Source: Bacteroidota bacterium (GTDB taxonomy: Bacteria > Bacteroidota > Bacteroidia > JABEUT01). From it: 51,353 bases of DNA. Shown here in pieces: positions 20,530-31,287 of this stretch. The translations under genes were made by a program, and so were the position numbers. Under the pieces are notes generated by a model that did no database searches, was not told where the DNA came from, and saw only the letters and a program-made list of their open reading frames with translations. The stretch spans positions 1 to 51,353 of the forward strand of contig JABDCH010000004.1 in the NCBI GenBank assembly GCA_013288205.1, written 5' to 3'. Positions within the stretch are counted from its first letter, which is position 1, and every line of letters begins with the position of its first letter.

Positions 20530-21995
20530 TAGCTTTGCAGTAGTGTTAGTGTTTCCGTTAGTATTTTTATATCATCAAAAGGATATTTCACTCCTTTTAT
20601 TTCCTGGTATTTTTCATGTCCTTTCCCTGCAAGCAGGATAATATCGCCGCGTTGTGCCAATTGGCAGGCAGCTTTGATAGCTTCCCTACGATCTTCAATA
20701 GCGAGGGATTTTTTCCTGTGCATTAACGTAAGCCCTTGCTCCATTTGGTGAATAATTTCAGCAGGTTCTTCGGAGCGTGGATTATCAGAAGTAAAAATTA
20801 CTTTATCGCTTTTCTCACAGGCTATGGACGCCATAATCGGGCGTTTGGTTTTATCTCTATCTCCCCCGCAACCAACAACCGTAATAATTTTTTCCTTGCT
20901 TGCACGAACATCATGTATAGTAGAAAGCACATTCGTCAATGCATCAGGTGTATGTGCATAATCAACTATTCCGATGGTTCCATTGGGAGCCTTTGTATAC
21001 TGGAATCTTCCTTCCACTGCATCCAGGCTGCTGAGAGTCTTCAATGTTTCTTCCTTGTTTTCTCCTAACAAAATAGCCACAGCATATATAGCAAGAGCAT
21101 TGTAAGCATTGAAAGTGCCAATCAGTTTTATCCAGATTTCACGTCCGTCTATTGTCAAGTCAAGACCGGAAAAAGTGTTTTCAATAATCCTACATTTATA
21201 ATCTGCAGCATTCTTTAAGGCAAATGTTTTCTTGGATGCTTTAGTATTTTGCAACATCACCAGTCCATGCGAATCATCTTTGTTCACTAATGCAAAAGCT
21301 GATTTTGGCAAATCATCGAAAAATTTCTTCTTGGCTTTAATGTATTCATCAAAAGTTTTATGGAAATCTAAATGATCGTGCGTAATGTTGGTAAATACAG
21401 CGCCTGCAAAGATTAATCCGGCAATTCTCCTTTGTACCACTGAATGGGAACTTACTTCCATAAAACAGTGCGTGCAGCCTTGCACAACCATCTCGTGCAA
21501 TAGTCTGTTTAATTCTAACGCATCAGGAGTGGTATGGGTAGAAGGAATAACCTGATCGTTAATCTGATTTTTAACTGTGGAAAGAAGTCCTGTTTTATAT
21601 CCCAGTTTGCTATATAGTTTATATAATAAAGTAGCAGTCGTTGTCTTTCCATTTGTACCTGTAATGCCCACTAATTTTAGTTTAGCAGAAGGCAGGTCAT
21701 AAAAATTTGAAGCAATAATACCAAGCGCTTCGGCTGAATCTACAACCCTTAAGTATGTTGTTCCCCTGTGTCTTTTTTCAGGAATTTCTTCACAAATAAT
21801 TGCGACAGCTCCGTCTTTAATTGCTTGCGTAATGAAATTATGCCCATCAACTGTCAGGCCCCTCACAGCTATAAAAAGGCATCCTTTCGAAACTTTCCTT
21901 GAATCAAATTCCACAGACGAAACGGCCATAGAGGTAGTGCCCATCACTTCCGTAAGTGCAACTTTGTATAATATGTCTCTCAACATCTTTTCCAC
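20529..21995 (-). CDS. murE: UDP-MurNAc-dipeptide--meso-DAP ligase
   Basis: [34 protein letters not shown] (meso-DAP motif), AGKGHE. Start is GTG 21995 or ATG 21986. Confidence 0.97.
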   Translation of the reverse strand: MEKMLRDILYKVALTEVMGTTSMAVSSVEFDSRKVSKGCLFIAVRGLTVDGHNFITQAIKDGAVAIICEEIPEKRHRGTTYLRVVDSAEALGIIASNFYDLPSAKLKLVGITGTNGKTTTATLLYKLYSKLGYKTGLLSTVKNQINDQVIPSTHTTPDALELNRLLHEMVVQGCTHCFMEVSSHSVVQRRIAGLIFAGAVFTNITHDHLDFHKTFDEYIKAKKKFFDDLPKSAFALVNKDDSHGLVMLQNTKASKKTFALKNAADYKCRIIENTFSGLDLTIDGREIWIKLIGTFNAYNALAIYAVAILLGENKEETLKTLSSLDAVEGRFQYTKAPNGTIGIVDYAHTPDALTNVLSTIHDVRASKEKIITVVGCGGDRDKTKRPIMASIACEKSDKVIFTSDNPRSEEPAEIIHQMEQGLTLMHRKKSLAIEDRREAIKAACQLAQRGDIILLAGKGHEKYQEIKGVKYPFDDIKILTETLTLLQS

Positions 21996-24122
21996 TTACG
22001 ATAGTTTTAGAGTTATTCTTTGACCTTTAGCATAGCTAGTACCCGGCTCCACAGATTGTTCTCTTACGGCACCCGAACCTATAATGTTAACCTTCAAATG
22101 GGCATTTTCAAGCAGGTAAATGGCATCTTCCGCATCCATATTTTTAAGATCAGGAATAATACCTTTTTCCAATTGCTTTTGAGGGTTCCAATCCATCGCC
22201 CGTAATGTAGAATCCTGCACGTTAAAACCGATCCATGATGCATCCGATGGAGTTTGACATTTCATATCAAGTGATTGAAAAACTTTATAAATGTCATTTG
22301 CATCGCCACTTTTCACGAAAAGATTATTATTATTTTCTGTACGCGCAGAGTCATCAATAGGAGGATCCACTTTAATGCTGCTCGCATATACTTTGTCTGC
22401 AATCTCACGGAAAATAGGGCCAGCAGTTATATTACCATAATATCCATCTGTGCTGGGAGAATTAACTATTACGATACAGGAATATTGCGGATTATCGGCC
22501 GGAAAATATCCTACAAAGGAAGCCCGATAATTCGCCTTCAATGCTACTTTATACTGCCCTTTGGAAGCAATTTGCGCAGTACCTGTTTTGCCTGCAATAG
22601 CATATACTGTATTTCTCAAATTGCTTGCAGTGCCCCGTAATACGACTCCTTCCAGCATTTTACGCAACTTTTTCAACGTGGAGGAAGAACATACAGAAGG
22701 ATTCATAACAATCGGCTCAAACTTTTCTATTGCTTTACCATCTCTCGTTATGGCATCCACAAATTGGGGTTTCACCATTACTCCGTTATTAGCAACTGCA
22801 TTGTAAACAGTTAATGTCTGCAAGGGAGTCATAGTGAGTCCATAGCCTACTGAGAGCCATGGAAGTGTTGTTCCATACCAATTATTGCTTCCCGGATTGG
22901 GTATGCTGGGCGCACCTTCGCCCGGAATACTCAGGTTTAAGGGGTGGTTTAGTCCAAGCCGACATAAGCCATCTACAAATTTTTGAGGCTGTGTAGCATA
23001 ATGCTTATAAATAACTTTGGAAATACCTACGTTCGATGAAAGCTCGAATGCACGTTGCACATTTACCGTTGCACGTTCTTCGTCATTATGCTCCGCGTCT
23101 TTCATCACACGATCATAATAGGTATGCTGTCCGCCTTCCAGATTTACGCTATCAGTACTGTTGACAAGCCCATCTTCCATAGCCACCAATAGCGAGAATA
23201 GTTTGAAAGTTGAACCGGGCTCCATAGATTCGCCTATTGCATAATTGTATAATTCCTGGTAGGTATTGGAAGTATCCCTACGGGTAAGATTTGCAATGGC
23301 AAGTACTCTACCTGTTTTTACCTCCATTAATATCACACATCCGTGGTCGGCACGGTGAAGGAAAAGCTGTGTACGCAATGCATTTTCTGCCACATCCTGG
23401 TAATTCAAGTTGATAGTAGAAATAAGGTCGCAGCCGTTTTGCGGTTGAAGATTTTGTTCGTTGTTTAAAGGAACCCACACGCCACCCGCCGTTTTAGTCA
23501 TCAGGCCCTGGCCATTTACACCTGCCAGGTAAGAGTCATACGCACCTTCTAATCCAACAGGTTGTACATTATCTCTTTCGTATCCTATAGTACGTTCAGC
23601 AAGGTCTTTGAAAGGAAGTTCGCGGCGGTTATTTTGAGCTACAATCAATCCTCCTTTATACTTTCCCATACGTATAAGCGGGAAATGTTTCATTAATAAT
23701 AATTCGTCATAAGATACTGAGTGGTGAAGCATTACATATCGTTCTCCATTACCACGGGCGTTCTTCAAAATTTTAAGATATTCTTCTGAAGATTTATCCT
23801 TGAAAAGATTGGAAAGACATATACCTAACGAATCAATATTAGAGTCGAAAATGTCATCGGTCATGTATTCTGTATTTACATCCATAGCGACATCAAAATA
23901 CGGAAGTGATGTAGCAAGTAGGCCGCCATCTTCGGCATAGATATTGCCGCGCACCGCCTCGATGGTGCGGAAAGAAGTAGTGAAGTTAGCTTCTTCTTGT
24001 TTCCATTTAGCACCCTGCACATGCTGTATAAAAAACACCCTGGCACAAATAGCAATCCCCAGAAAGCTCATAAGTATATATAAGAGGTATGTGCGGAGCA
24101 CTATGTCCTTCTTCGCTTCCAT
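21996..24122 (-). CDS. ftsI: Class B penicillin-binding protein FtsI with C-terminal PASTA domain
   Basis: TM anchor, RGNIY, GLEG, SxxK (STFK), SxN (SSN), KTG. Confidence 0.95.
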   Translation of the reverse strand: MEAKKDIVLRTYLLYILMSFLGIAICARVFFIQHVQGAKWKQEEANFTTSFRTIEAVRGNIYAEDGGLLATSLPYFDVAMDVNTEYMTDDIFDSNIDSLGICLSNLFKDKSSEEYLKILKNARGNGERYVMLHHSVSYDELLLMKHFPLIRMGKYKGGLIVAQNNRRELPFKDLAERTIGYERDNVQPVGLEGAYDSYLAGVNGQGLMTKTAGGVWVPLNNEQNLQPQNGCDLISTINLNYQDVAENALRTQLFLHRADHGCVILMEVKTGRVLAIANLTRRDTSNTYQELYNYAIGESMEPGSTFKLFSLLVAMEDGLVNSTDSVNLEGGQHTYYDRVMKDAEHNDEERATVNVQRAFELSSNVGISKVIYKHYATQPQKFVDGLCRLGLNHPLNLSIPGEGAPSIPNPGSNNWYGTTLPWLSVGYGLTMTPLQTLTVYNAVANNGVMVKPQFVDAITRDGKAIEKFEPIVMNPSVCSSSTLKKLRKMLEGVVLRGTASNLRNTVYAIAGKTGTAQIASKGQYKVALKANYRASFVGYFPADNPQYSCIVIVNSPSTDGYYGNITAGPIFREIADKVYASSIKVDPPIDDSARTENNNNLFVKSGDANDIYKVFQSLDMKCQTPSDASWIGFNVQDSTLRAMDWNPQKQLEKGIIPDLKNMDAEDAIYLLENAHLKVNIIGSGAVREQSVEPGTSYAKGQRITLKLS

Positions 24123-24559
24123 TACTTTTTCTTGGCGGTATTGTACACTATTATTTTAGCAGGTGGCACAACTGCTTCTTTCAGCCCGATACTACTTGTT
24201 GCTTTATCAAGCTCTGATTCTTTACTTAAATACATGAGCTTATCTTCTGCTATAATGTATTGTATATGCAGTTCGGTAATGGTATTATCTAATGAATCTA
24301 GGTCTTTCAGACGGTTGTGAGCATAATAGCCATTGGCTATATAAAGCATCCCCAGGAAAGCTATATACAGAACAAATGGCAATGAACTAAGCGCTTTTTC
24401 TCCCGCCAGGAAGCCCCCGCTTATTACCGACAGTAAACCCTGCTTAGTTTTATTGGCAGATTTTTTAACTAGCGGTTCTACAGCATCAACAACCTGTTCC
24501 GAAGGATTTCCTTTGGCCAATTGTTCTTCTTTTTCTATGTCAGCGATCAACCTGTTCAT
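24122..24559 (-). CDS. ftsL: FtsL-like cell division protein
   Basis: Single TM (LPFVLYIAFLGMLYIAN) plus coiled coil and GL...PP tail; sits between rsmH and ftsI. Confidence 0.8.
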   Translation of the reverse strand: MNRLIADIEKEEQLAKGNPSEQVVDAVEPLVKKSANKTKQGLLSVISGGFLAGEKALSSLPFVLYIAFLGMLYIANGYYAHNRLKDLDSLDNTITELHIQYIIAEDKLMYLSKESELDKATSSIGLKEAVVPPAKIIVYNTAKKK

Positions 24560-25452
24560 GCTACTTTTTCTGCTACTCTTAGTTTGGCGCTTCTCGCCCT
24601 GTTATTCAATTCTGTTTCTTGCTCGGTCGGAATAATTGGTTTGCGGGTTACCGGATTAAAGGGGCGGATGTCGTGCCCATACATATTTTTGACTGGTATC
24701 CCTTCAAAATTCCCGGCACGCATAAAATTCTTAACCAGGCGGTCTTCGAGTGAATGATAGGAAATCACAACGAGCCTTCCACCTGTGTTTATTAATTGGG
24801 TGCTTTGCATAAGCAACTCCCTCAATGCATCTATCTCCTGGTTTAGCTCTACGCGCAATGCCTGGAATACTTTTGCCAGATATTTATTTGGATATTGCAC
24901 TGGCGTGCATTCTTTAATCGCATGTATCAATTCTCCTGTAGTATGAATGTGCTGCTCTGCCCGCGCTTTTACGATAATATGAGCTAAGCGATGTGCATTA
25001 GCAATTTCGCCATATTCTGAAAAGATAAGTGTAAGTTTTGATACTGTATATGAATTAATAATATCGGCAGCGGTTTTGGTTTCAGTGGTGTTCATCCGCA
25101 TATCGAGAGGGGCGTCAAAACGGGTAGAGAAGCCGCGTTGGGGGGTGTCGATTTGGTGGGAAGAGATTCCCAGATCAGCAATAATGCCGTCTATACCAAT
25201 GATACCTTTTGCCTTCAACTCTTCTTTCATGTGCCTGAAATTGGCATGTATTGTATATAAATTTTTGTTTTCTTTTTTATTTTCAAGTGCATCTAAATCC
25301 TGGTCAAAAACAAACAACTTTCCATCTTTCAGCTTTTCCAATATCGCATTTGCATGTCCCCCACCGCCGAATGTTGCATCTACATAAATTCCACTCTCTT
25401 TAATATTTAACCCCTCTATACTTTCCTCAAGCAGTGCCGGCTTGTGATACAT
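24556..25452 (-). CDS. rsmH: 16S rRNA m4C1402 methyltransferase
   Basis: DATFGGGGH, DLGISSHQ, PLDMRM, FQALR, SYHSLEDR, RARSAKLR. Confidence 0.98.
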   Translation of the reverse strand: MYHKPALLEESIEGLNIKESGIYVDATFGGGGHANAILEKLKDGKLFVFDQDLDALENKKENKNLYTIHANFRHMKEELKAKGIIGIDGIIADLGISSHQIDTPQRGFSTRFDAPLDMRMNTTETKTAADIINSYTVSKLTLIFSEYGEIANAHRLAHIIVKARAEQHIHTTGELIHAIKECTPVQYPNKYLAKVFQALRVELNQEIDALRELLMQSTQLINTGGRLVVISYHSLEDRLVKNFMRAGNFEGIPVKNMYGHDIRPFNPVTRKPIIPTEQETELNNRARSAKLRVAEKVA

Positions 25453-25911
25453 TTACAATTCTGTTTTTTTATTCCCCATCACTTGCTCTGCCAATGCTGC
25501 AAAATCATCTGAACCTTCTTTCATAAACTTATCGTACTCTGCCTTCGACCATATTTCTATCCTGTTGGAATGCGCAAAAAGAATAGCTTCTTTGTCTATC
25601 CCCGCGTATTGCATAAGGGCTTTGGGAAGCAACACACGGCCGGAGCCATCTACTTCGACTTCAGTTGCACCATTGTTGAACTTACGCACAAATTCCCGGT
25701 TTTGTTTCACAAACAGGTTTAGTTCGTTTATCTGGGCCGTGATCTTCTCCCACTCTTTGTGCGGATACAGGTTCAATTGCTTTTCAAATCCACGGTTGAC
25801 CACAAACTTCTTTTGCTCTTTGGGCGGCAATTGCTTCTTCAGACCAGCAGGTAGCATCAGCCGGCCTTTCTCGTCCAATTTGCATTCATATTCTCCTATC
25901 AGTGCGCCCAT
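25453..25911 (-). CDS. mraZ: dcw cluster transcriptional repressor MraZ
   Basis: Two DxxGR repeats (DEKGR, DGSGR) and IEIW; first gene of the dcw cluster. Confidence 0.97.
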   Translation of the reverse strand: MGALIGEYECKLDEKGRLMLPAGLKKQLPPKEQKKFVVNRGFEKQLNLYPHKEWEKITAQINELNLFVKQNREFVRKFNNGATEVEVDGSGRVLLPKALMQYAGIDKEAILFAHSNRIEIWSKAEYDKFMKEGSDDFAALAEQVMGNKKTEL

Positions 25912-25945
25912 GGTTGTTTTTTACAGCAGTGTAAAATTAAGTCAA

Positions 25946-25977
25946 TTTTTCCCACATTTTACCACTTTCTCCCACTT
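25946..25977 (-). promoter_or_regulatory. MraZ operator: three GTGG boxes at 10-nt spacing
   Basis: Minus strand AA-GTGGGAGAAA-GTGGTAAAAT-GTGGGAAAAA, just upstream of a TAATTTTA -7-like element (25932-25939). Confidence 0.85.
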
Positions 25978-26248
25978 GTTGAAAACTTTTGCCCCATGGC
26001 CTTAACAATAAGGTAATATTAAAAAGCCTGAAAAGCTTATAATCAAAAGGCTTTCGAGGGTAGTTTTAGAATAATAAAAAGTCTTCCGGGAAATATTAAC
26101 CCCATGTTACGATTGTTAAAAACTCGGTACTACACAGTTTTAAAACCCGATTAAATAAGGTACTTGTTGCATTATAAATTCTGAAGTGATTGGAAAAAAT
26201 GTAAAAAATAGGATACGATACTATCCAGATGTTGCTTGAAAAGAATAA

Positions 26249-26256
26249 TACATTTG
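26249..26256 (+). promoter_or_regulatory. -7 promoter element for the M16 protease
   Basis: TACATTTG ends 28 nt before the ATG. Confidence 0.6.
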
Positions 26257-26284
26257 TGGGGAATAAACAATGTTATAGGTACGT

Positions 26285-29104
26285 ATGAAACAATTGCAAA
26301 GATTATTTTCCGCTTTCATTATGGTATTTGCCGTATTGATAATTCCCTCTTACAAAACGAATGCCCAAAACTCTGACCAACCCATACCCATGGATGATTC
26401 TGTAAGAACAGGCACATTATCCAATGGCATGAAATATTATATCCGGAGAAATGTAAAACCAGAACATCGTGCAGAACTTAGATTGGTTGTAGATGCAGGC
26501 TCCATGGAAGAAGATGACGACCAGCAGGGATTGGCTCACTTTAACGAACATATATCATTTGACGGAACGGGTGAATTCAAGAAGAATGATATTATAAATT
26601 TTCTGGAGTCTTCCGGTGTCAAATTTGGCGCCGATTTAAATGCTTATACCAGTTTCGATGAAACCGTATACATGATGCAGGTACCCACCGATTCGGAAAA
26701 AGTGTTCGATAAAGCTATACAGATTATGTATGACTGGACCCATTTAAATCTATTTGATTCTGCTGAAATAGAAAACGAACGGGGCATTGTGATTTCTGAA
26801 AGGAGGCTTGGATTAGGCGCTTTCCAGAGAATGAACGACCAATACTGGCCTGTATTGTTTAAAGGCTCCAAGTATGCTTCCCGCATTCCGATTGGAAAAT
26901 TAGATGTACTGCAACATTGTTCTCATGCTACCTTAAAACAATTTTACTTGGACTGGTACCGTCCTGAATTAATGGCTGTAGTGGCAGTAGGAGATTTCGA
27001 TGTAAATAAAATGGAGCAGATGATTAAAACCAAGTTCGGTGATGTTCCTGATAAACCTAACCCAAGGCCACTCGTTCCTTTTCAGGTACCTGATAATAAA
27101 AAGTTACTCATTGCTAAAGCCACCGATAAAGAAGCGCCTTACACAGCCATTCAGATAGAAATAAAACATGATAAAACATATACCCGAACGATTGCCGATT
27201 ACAGGAGGGATATTACCTATGATTTATTTTCAATGATGCTTAATAATAGATTACTGGGATTGCAAAAACAGATTAACCCTCCATTTTTTTATTCACGAAC
27301 CACTATTAGCGGACTGGTGCGAACCAAGGATGCCTTTAGCGCTGTTGTACTTGTTAAAGACAGCGGGGTTGAAACCGGGCTGACAAGATTATTAGGCGTA
27401 CTGGAGAAGGTAAAAAGATACGGATTTACCCCCGGTGAATTGGAAAGAGTAAAAAAGGACTTTATGAGAAGTAAAGAAACTGCGGTAAAAGAGGAGGATA
27501 AAACTGAATCGAGAAAATATGTATCGGAATATGTTAATGCTTACCTGGAAAAAGAGCCTGTTCCTTCATCTGATTTTGTATATACTTTTTGTAAAAATAA
27601 TTTAGATAATATCTCCCTCGGAGAAGTAAATAAAGTAGCCGGAGATTGGATAACTAATAAAGGGCGCAATACCGTTATTATTATCCAGGCCCCGCAGAAG
27701 GATAGTGCTTTGCTTCCTTCAGATGAGACTATCCGCAGTATATTCAATAAAGTGAAAAAGGCGCACATCACTCCTTATGTAGACAGGATGCCCAATAGCC
27801 CGCTTATGGCAGCTAAGCCCGTACCCGGAACAATATTGGCAGAAAAACAAATAAAAGAACTAGGCATAACTGAATGGCAACTCTCCAACAATGTAAAAGT
27901 TGTTTTGAAACCAACTGATTTTAAAAATGACGAGGTCTTGTTTAGTGCATACAGGTGGGGTGGTACGTCCATTGCATCTGATAAAGACTATATGTCAGCC
28001 TCCATGTCTGCTCAAATCGAAGATGAATCCGGTATAGGTTCCTTCAATTCTACCGTACTGGAAAAAACCTTAGCCGGGAAAGTGGTGCAAGTATCACCCA
28101 ATATGCAGGATCTATCACAAGGATTTAACGGAAGCTTTTCACCACAGGATATGGAAACCGCTTTCCAATTAATGAACCTCCATTTTACCCAGCCGCGCAA
28201 GGATGATACTGCCTTTTCAGCACTCATAGCGCAAATGAAGGGATTTGTGCAAAACCGCAGTAACGACCCATCTAGTGTATTTGCCGATACCATACAAACG
28301 ATCATGAGTAGCTATAATTATCACAGGCGCCCCCTTACGGTAAACCTGTTAAACGAAATAGATGAGAACAAAGTATTTAATTTTTATAAAGAAAACTTTT
28401 CCGACGTCGGAGGCTTTACGTTCTTTTTCATAGGTAGCTTTAAACCTGACAGTATAAAACAATTTGTAGAAACCTATTTGGCCAGCCTGCCGGAAGGCAG
28501 CGGCGAACACAAATGGAAAGATGAAGGTGTGCGATACCCTACCGGTATAGTTTCAAAAACAGTAACTAAAGGTAAAGAGCCAAAAAGTTCTGTTCAGCTT
28601 GTGTTTACGGGACCCGCAAAATTCAGCCTTACGGATGCGCGGAATATGGAGGCGCTTTCATCCCTATTGAGCATAAAGCTGAGAGAGCAGTTGCGCCAAA
28701 AAATGGGCGATGTTTATGGCGTGGGGGCAAGAGGTACAATATCTCATTATCCCAAAGAAGAATACAGGTTTAACATCAATTTTGGTTGTGCTCCGGAAAA
28801 AGTAAATGACTTGATTGATGCTACCTTTAAAATGATTGATTCCGTTAAGCAATTTGGCGCAGGAGATGTGAACATACAGAAAATCAAAGAAACATTCCAC
28901 AGACAAAGAGAAGTGGATATGAAAGATAATAAGTTTTGGTTAAATGCTATTTTGCAAGCATATAAAGACGATGAGAACCTAAACGATATTCTTACGTTTG
29001 ATAAATGGGTGGATAGCCTCACCAATGATGACTTTAAACGCCTAGCCACCGAATATTTCAATATGGATAACTACGCAAAGTTTATCCTTGTACCAGAGCA
29101 GTAG
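26285..29104 (+). CDS. Periplasmic M16 family zinc protease (PqqL-like)
   Basis: Signal peptide, inverzincin motif HxxEH (HFNEH), NAYTSFDETVY, C-terminal R/Y pair (LRQKMGDVY). Confidence 0.93.
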   Translation: MKQLQRLFSAFIMVFAVLIIPSYKTNAQNSDQPIPMDDSVRTGTLSNGMKYYIRRNVKPEHRAELRLVVDAGSMEEDDDQQGLAHFNEHISFDGTGEFKKNDIINFLESSGVKFGADLNAYTSFDETVYMMQVPTDSEKVFDKAIQIMYDWTHLNLFDSAEIENERGIVISERRLGLGAFQRMNDQYWPVLFKGSKYASRIPIGKLDVLQHCSHATLKQFYLDWYRPELMAVVAVGDFDVNKMEQMIKTKFGDVPDKPNPRPLVPFQVPDNKKLLIAKATDKEAPYTAIQIEIKHDKTYTRTIADYRRDITYDLFSMMLNNRLLGLQKQINPPFFYSRTTISGLVRTKDAFSAVVLVKDSGVETGLTRLLGVLEKVKRYGFTPGELERVKKDFMRSKETAVKEEDKTESRKYVSEYVNAYLEKEPVPSSDFVYTFCKNNLDNISLGEVNKVAGDWITNKGRNTVIIIQAPQKDSALLPSDETIRSIFNKVKKAHITPYVDRMPNSPLMAAKPVPGTILAEKQIKELGITEWQLSNNVKVVLKPTDFKNDEVLFSAYRWGGTSIASDKDYMSASMSAQIEDESGIGSFNSTVLEKTLAGKVVQVSPNMQDLSQGFNGSFSPQDMETAFQLMNLHFTQPRKDDTAFSALIAQMKGFVQNRSNDPSSVFADTIQTIMSSYNYHRRPLTVNLLNEIDENKVFNFYKENFSDVGGFTFFFIGSFKPDSIKQFVETYLASLPEGSGEHKWKDEGVRYPTGIVSKTVTKGKEPKSSVQLVFTGPAKFSLTDARNMEALSSLLSIKLREQLRQKMGDVYGVGARGTISHYPKEEYRFNINFGCAPEKVNDLIDATFKMIDSVKQFGAGDVNIQKIKETFHRQREVDMKDNKFWLNAILQAYKDDENLNDILTFDKWVDSLTNDDFKRLATEYFNMDNYAKFILVPEQ

Positions 29105-29123
29105 AAAGATACTTTATATAATG

Positions 29124-29159
29124 AAAAAAGCCCCAACTTCAATAAAGAGTTGGGGCTTT
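29124..29159. terminator. Bidirectional intrinsic terminator between M16 protease and pirin
   Basis: AAAAAAGCCCCAACTT-caataaa-GAGTTGGGGCTTT. Confidence 0.85.
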
Positions 29160-29165
29160 CAATTT

Positions 29166-29186
29166 ATTGCCAGTCCGGCATCGGGC
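29166..29186. repeat. 21-bp stem-loop motif, copy 2
   Basis: ATTGCCA-GTCCG-GCAT-CGGGC, with the same GCAT loop and 5-bp stem as 10411-10431. Confidence 0.55.
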
Positions 29187-29187
29187 C

Positions 29188-30063
29188 TTAGTCTTCCAAA
29201 TGACCGAACTTACCTGTATTAAAATCTTCGTAAGCCTGTATTAATTCTTGTTTGGTATTCATCACAAAGGGACCATACGGAGCAATGGGCTCGTTTATAG
29301 GTTCTCCGCTTAACACCAGCAAAATGCTATCTTCTAATGCTTCGAGCGTAATGGTTTCCCCATCATTTTTAAAGAGTACAAAATGGTCGGTATCTGCTTC
29401 TTCGTTGTTTACCTTAGCTTTCCCTTCTACCACTAATATACCGGTGTTAAAGTTTTCCGGCAGATTAAATGTTAGGGTAGCGCCCTTCTTTATGCGAACA
29501 TTATACATGTGCAAGGGAGTAAATGTATATGCAGGGCCTTTTACACCGTCGAATTCTCCGGCTATTACCTCCACTACTCCACCGTTATTGGGTATTTCGT
29601 ATTTACCCATTTGGTCTTTTGTAATGCCCTGGTATTTGGGTTTCGACATTTTATCTTTTGCCGGAAGGTTTACCCACAGTTGCACCATTTGGAACAGGCC
29701 GCCCTTTTTGGCATATTCCTTTTCATGGTATTCTTTATGCAATATACCCGATGCGGCAGTCATCCATTGCACTTCCCCTTCACCTATTACACCACTGTTT
29801 CCGGCACTGTCGTGGTGAGCCACCTTGCCATGATAAGCAATAGTAACGGTTTCAAATCCACGGTGAGGATGTACCCCCACTCCACGCGGACTATCGGTTC
29901 CCGGAAAATCTACTTTGGAATTATAGTCCAGCATGAAAAAAGGACTCATACGGGCCAGTCCCATATCATATCCGCCCGGGAAGAAATTATGTACACGAAA
30001 TCCGTCTCCTACCATGTGTGGAGCAGGTGGCGGAAGTATTTGTTGAATTGATTTAGTTTTCAT
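29188..30063 (-). CDS. Pirin family bicupin
   Basis: VGDGFRV, PFFMLD, HPHRGFETVT, QWMTAASGILHKE, QLWVNLP, GPFVMNT. Confidence 0.96.
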   Translation of the reverse strand: MKTKSIQQILPPPAPHMVGDGFRVHNFFPGGYDMGLARMSPFFMLDYNSKVDFPGTDSPRGVGVHPHRGFETVTIAYHGKVAHHDSAGNSGVIGEGEVQWMTAASGILHKEYHEKEYAKKGGLFQMVQLWVNLPAKDKMSKPKYQGITKDQMGKYEIPNNGGVVEVIAGEFDGVKGPAYTFTPLHMYNVRIKKGATLTFNLPENFNTGILVVEGKAKVNNEEADTDHFVLFKNDGETITLEALEDSILLVLSGEPINEPIAPYGPFVMNTKQELIQAYEDFNTGKFGHLED

Positions 30064-30088
30064 AATAATTATATTAAATTTTACAATG

Positions 30089-30096
30089 CAAAAATA
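30089..30096 (-). promoter_or_regulatory. -7 promoter element for pirin
   Basis: Minus strand TATTTTTG. Confidence 0.55.
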
Positions 30097-30146
30097 CTAC
30101 GATTATCCCCTTCATTTATTAATGTAGGACAAGAAATAAAGAGGTC

Positions 30147-31277
30147 TCAAGCCGTCTTCCTTCGTTGGGGAAACAAGGTATGAAGCTTTATGGAGACACT
30201 CATTAACAATATCTTCGCATTGGCATTACGCTCGATAGCATAGTAGGCATCATTGAGTTCATCTACCATAAAAGCACCGTTTTCATAATTTATAAAAGGG
30301 GAGAACTTAGTCATAAAATCCTGGTCGGCAGGATTAATAGCTGCAGGATAATTCAAACCGAGCAAAATACTTTGACGGATGGTTTTAATGGTAAACGCAA
30401 GGAATTGCTTTTGCTTTTCCCTGCCAATAGTGGCCGTCTCATTAACCCATTCAGAAAGCTTTAATCCGTCCATATTCAGGCATACACGCATCCATTGCTG
30501 AAAGCGCTGCATATTGAATTCGGCATCTACCTCACCTTTTACCATCATTTGGGCCAGGCGGTAATTGCCTTCACAGGCTTTTGCGATAGCCGAAGCGGCT
30601 TCTTGAGAGAGACCGTGAGTTTTTATTAAGGCTCCTGCTATTTCAATTTCCTCGCAACGCAAAACCTTGGTTAGCTGTGTACGTGAAAGTATGGTGGTAA
30701 GCATTTGGGCGCTTTCAGAAACCAAAATAAAAAGGGTTTTATCTGGTGGTTCCTCTAACACTTTCAATAATTTATTTGCAGTAGACAGGTTCATCTTTTC
30801 CGGCATCCATATTATCATCGTTTTGTAGGAACCTTCCATGGCCATCAAGCTCATCTTGTGCAAAATGTCTTTGCTTTCCTCAACCGCAATGGTAGGCTGC
30901 TTGTTCTCTGCACCAATAAAATCCATCCAGTCGCCAAGCGATAGATAAGGGTCATCCAAAAATGCCTCTGCCCATTCACGGAATAAATCAGAGCTTTTTT
31001 CCACCCCTTTTTCTTTTGATAAGGCAACCGGGTAAACAAAATGCACATCGGGATGCATGAGTTTTGCAATACGATGACATTGGCTACAATTTCCGCAAGA
31101 ATCGGTTTCGGTTTTATTTACACAAAATAGATATTGAATATAAGCAAGAGCCAATGCCAATGCGCCACTTCCTTCCGCTCCCAAAAACATTTGAGCATGG
31201 CTTATTCTACCTTCATTAATACTTTTTATGATGGACTGCTTTAATGCGCCATGTCCTATTATATCCTTAAACAACAT
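30147..31277 (-). CDS. holB: DNA polymerase III subunit delta'
   Basis: FKDIIG, degenerate Walker A (GAEGSGAL), Cys4 zinc module, HPDVHF, NKLLKVLEEPP, TILSR. Confidence 0.9.
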   Translation of the reverse strand: MLFKDIIGHGALKQSIIKSINEGRISHAQMFLGAEGSGALALALAYIQYLFCVNKTETDSCGNCSQCHRIAKLMHPDVHFVYPVALSKEKGVEKSSDLFREWAEAFLDDPYLSLGDWMDFIGAENKQPTIAVEESKDILHKMSLMAMEGSYKTMIIWMPEKMNLSTANKLLKVLEEPPDKTLFILVSESAQMLTTILSRTQLTKVLRCEEIEIAGALIKTHGLSQEAASAIAKACEGNYRLAQMMVKGEVDAEFNMQRFQQWMRVCLNMDGLKLSEWVNETATIGREKQKQFLAFTIKTIRQSILLGLNYPAAINPADQDFMTKFSPFINYENGAFMVDELNDAYYAIERNANAKILLMSVSIKLHTLFPQRRKTA

Positions 31278-31287
31278 GAGAGCGAAT

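Noticed and set aside
10511-25911. murF and ddl missing from the dcw cluster
   Set aside because: This is the usual Bacteroidota arrangement; the genes are expected elsewhere.
25978-26248. Longest intergenic region as a possible sRNA or riboswitch
   Set aside because: Only weak AT-rich pairing; adequately explained by divergent mraZ and M16 promoters.
29252-30051. 188-aa and 180-aa ORFs antisense to pirin
   Set aside because: Fully nested opposite a confident gene, with no family motifs.
30147-31277. Degenerate Walker A in the clamp-loader subunit
   Set aside because: Expected for delta', which does not bind ATP.
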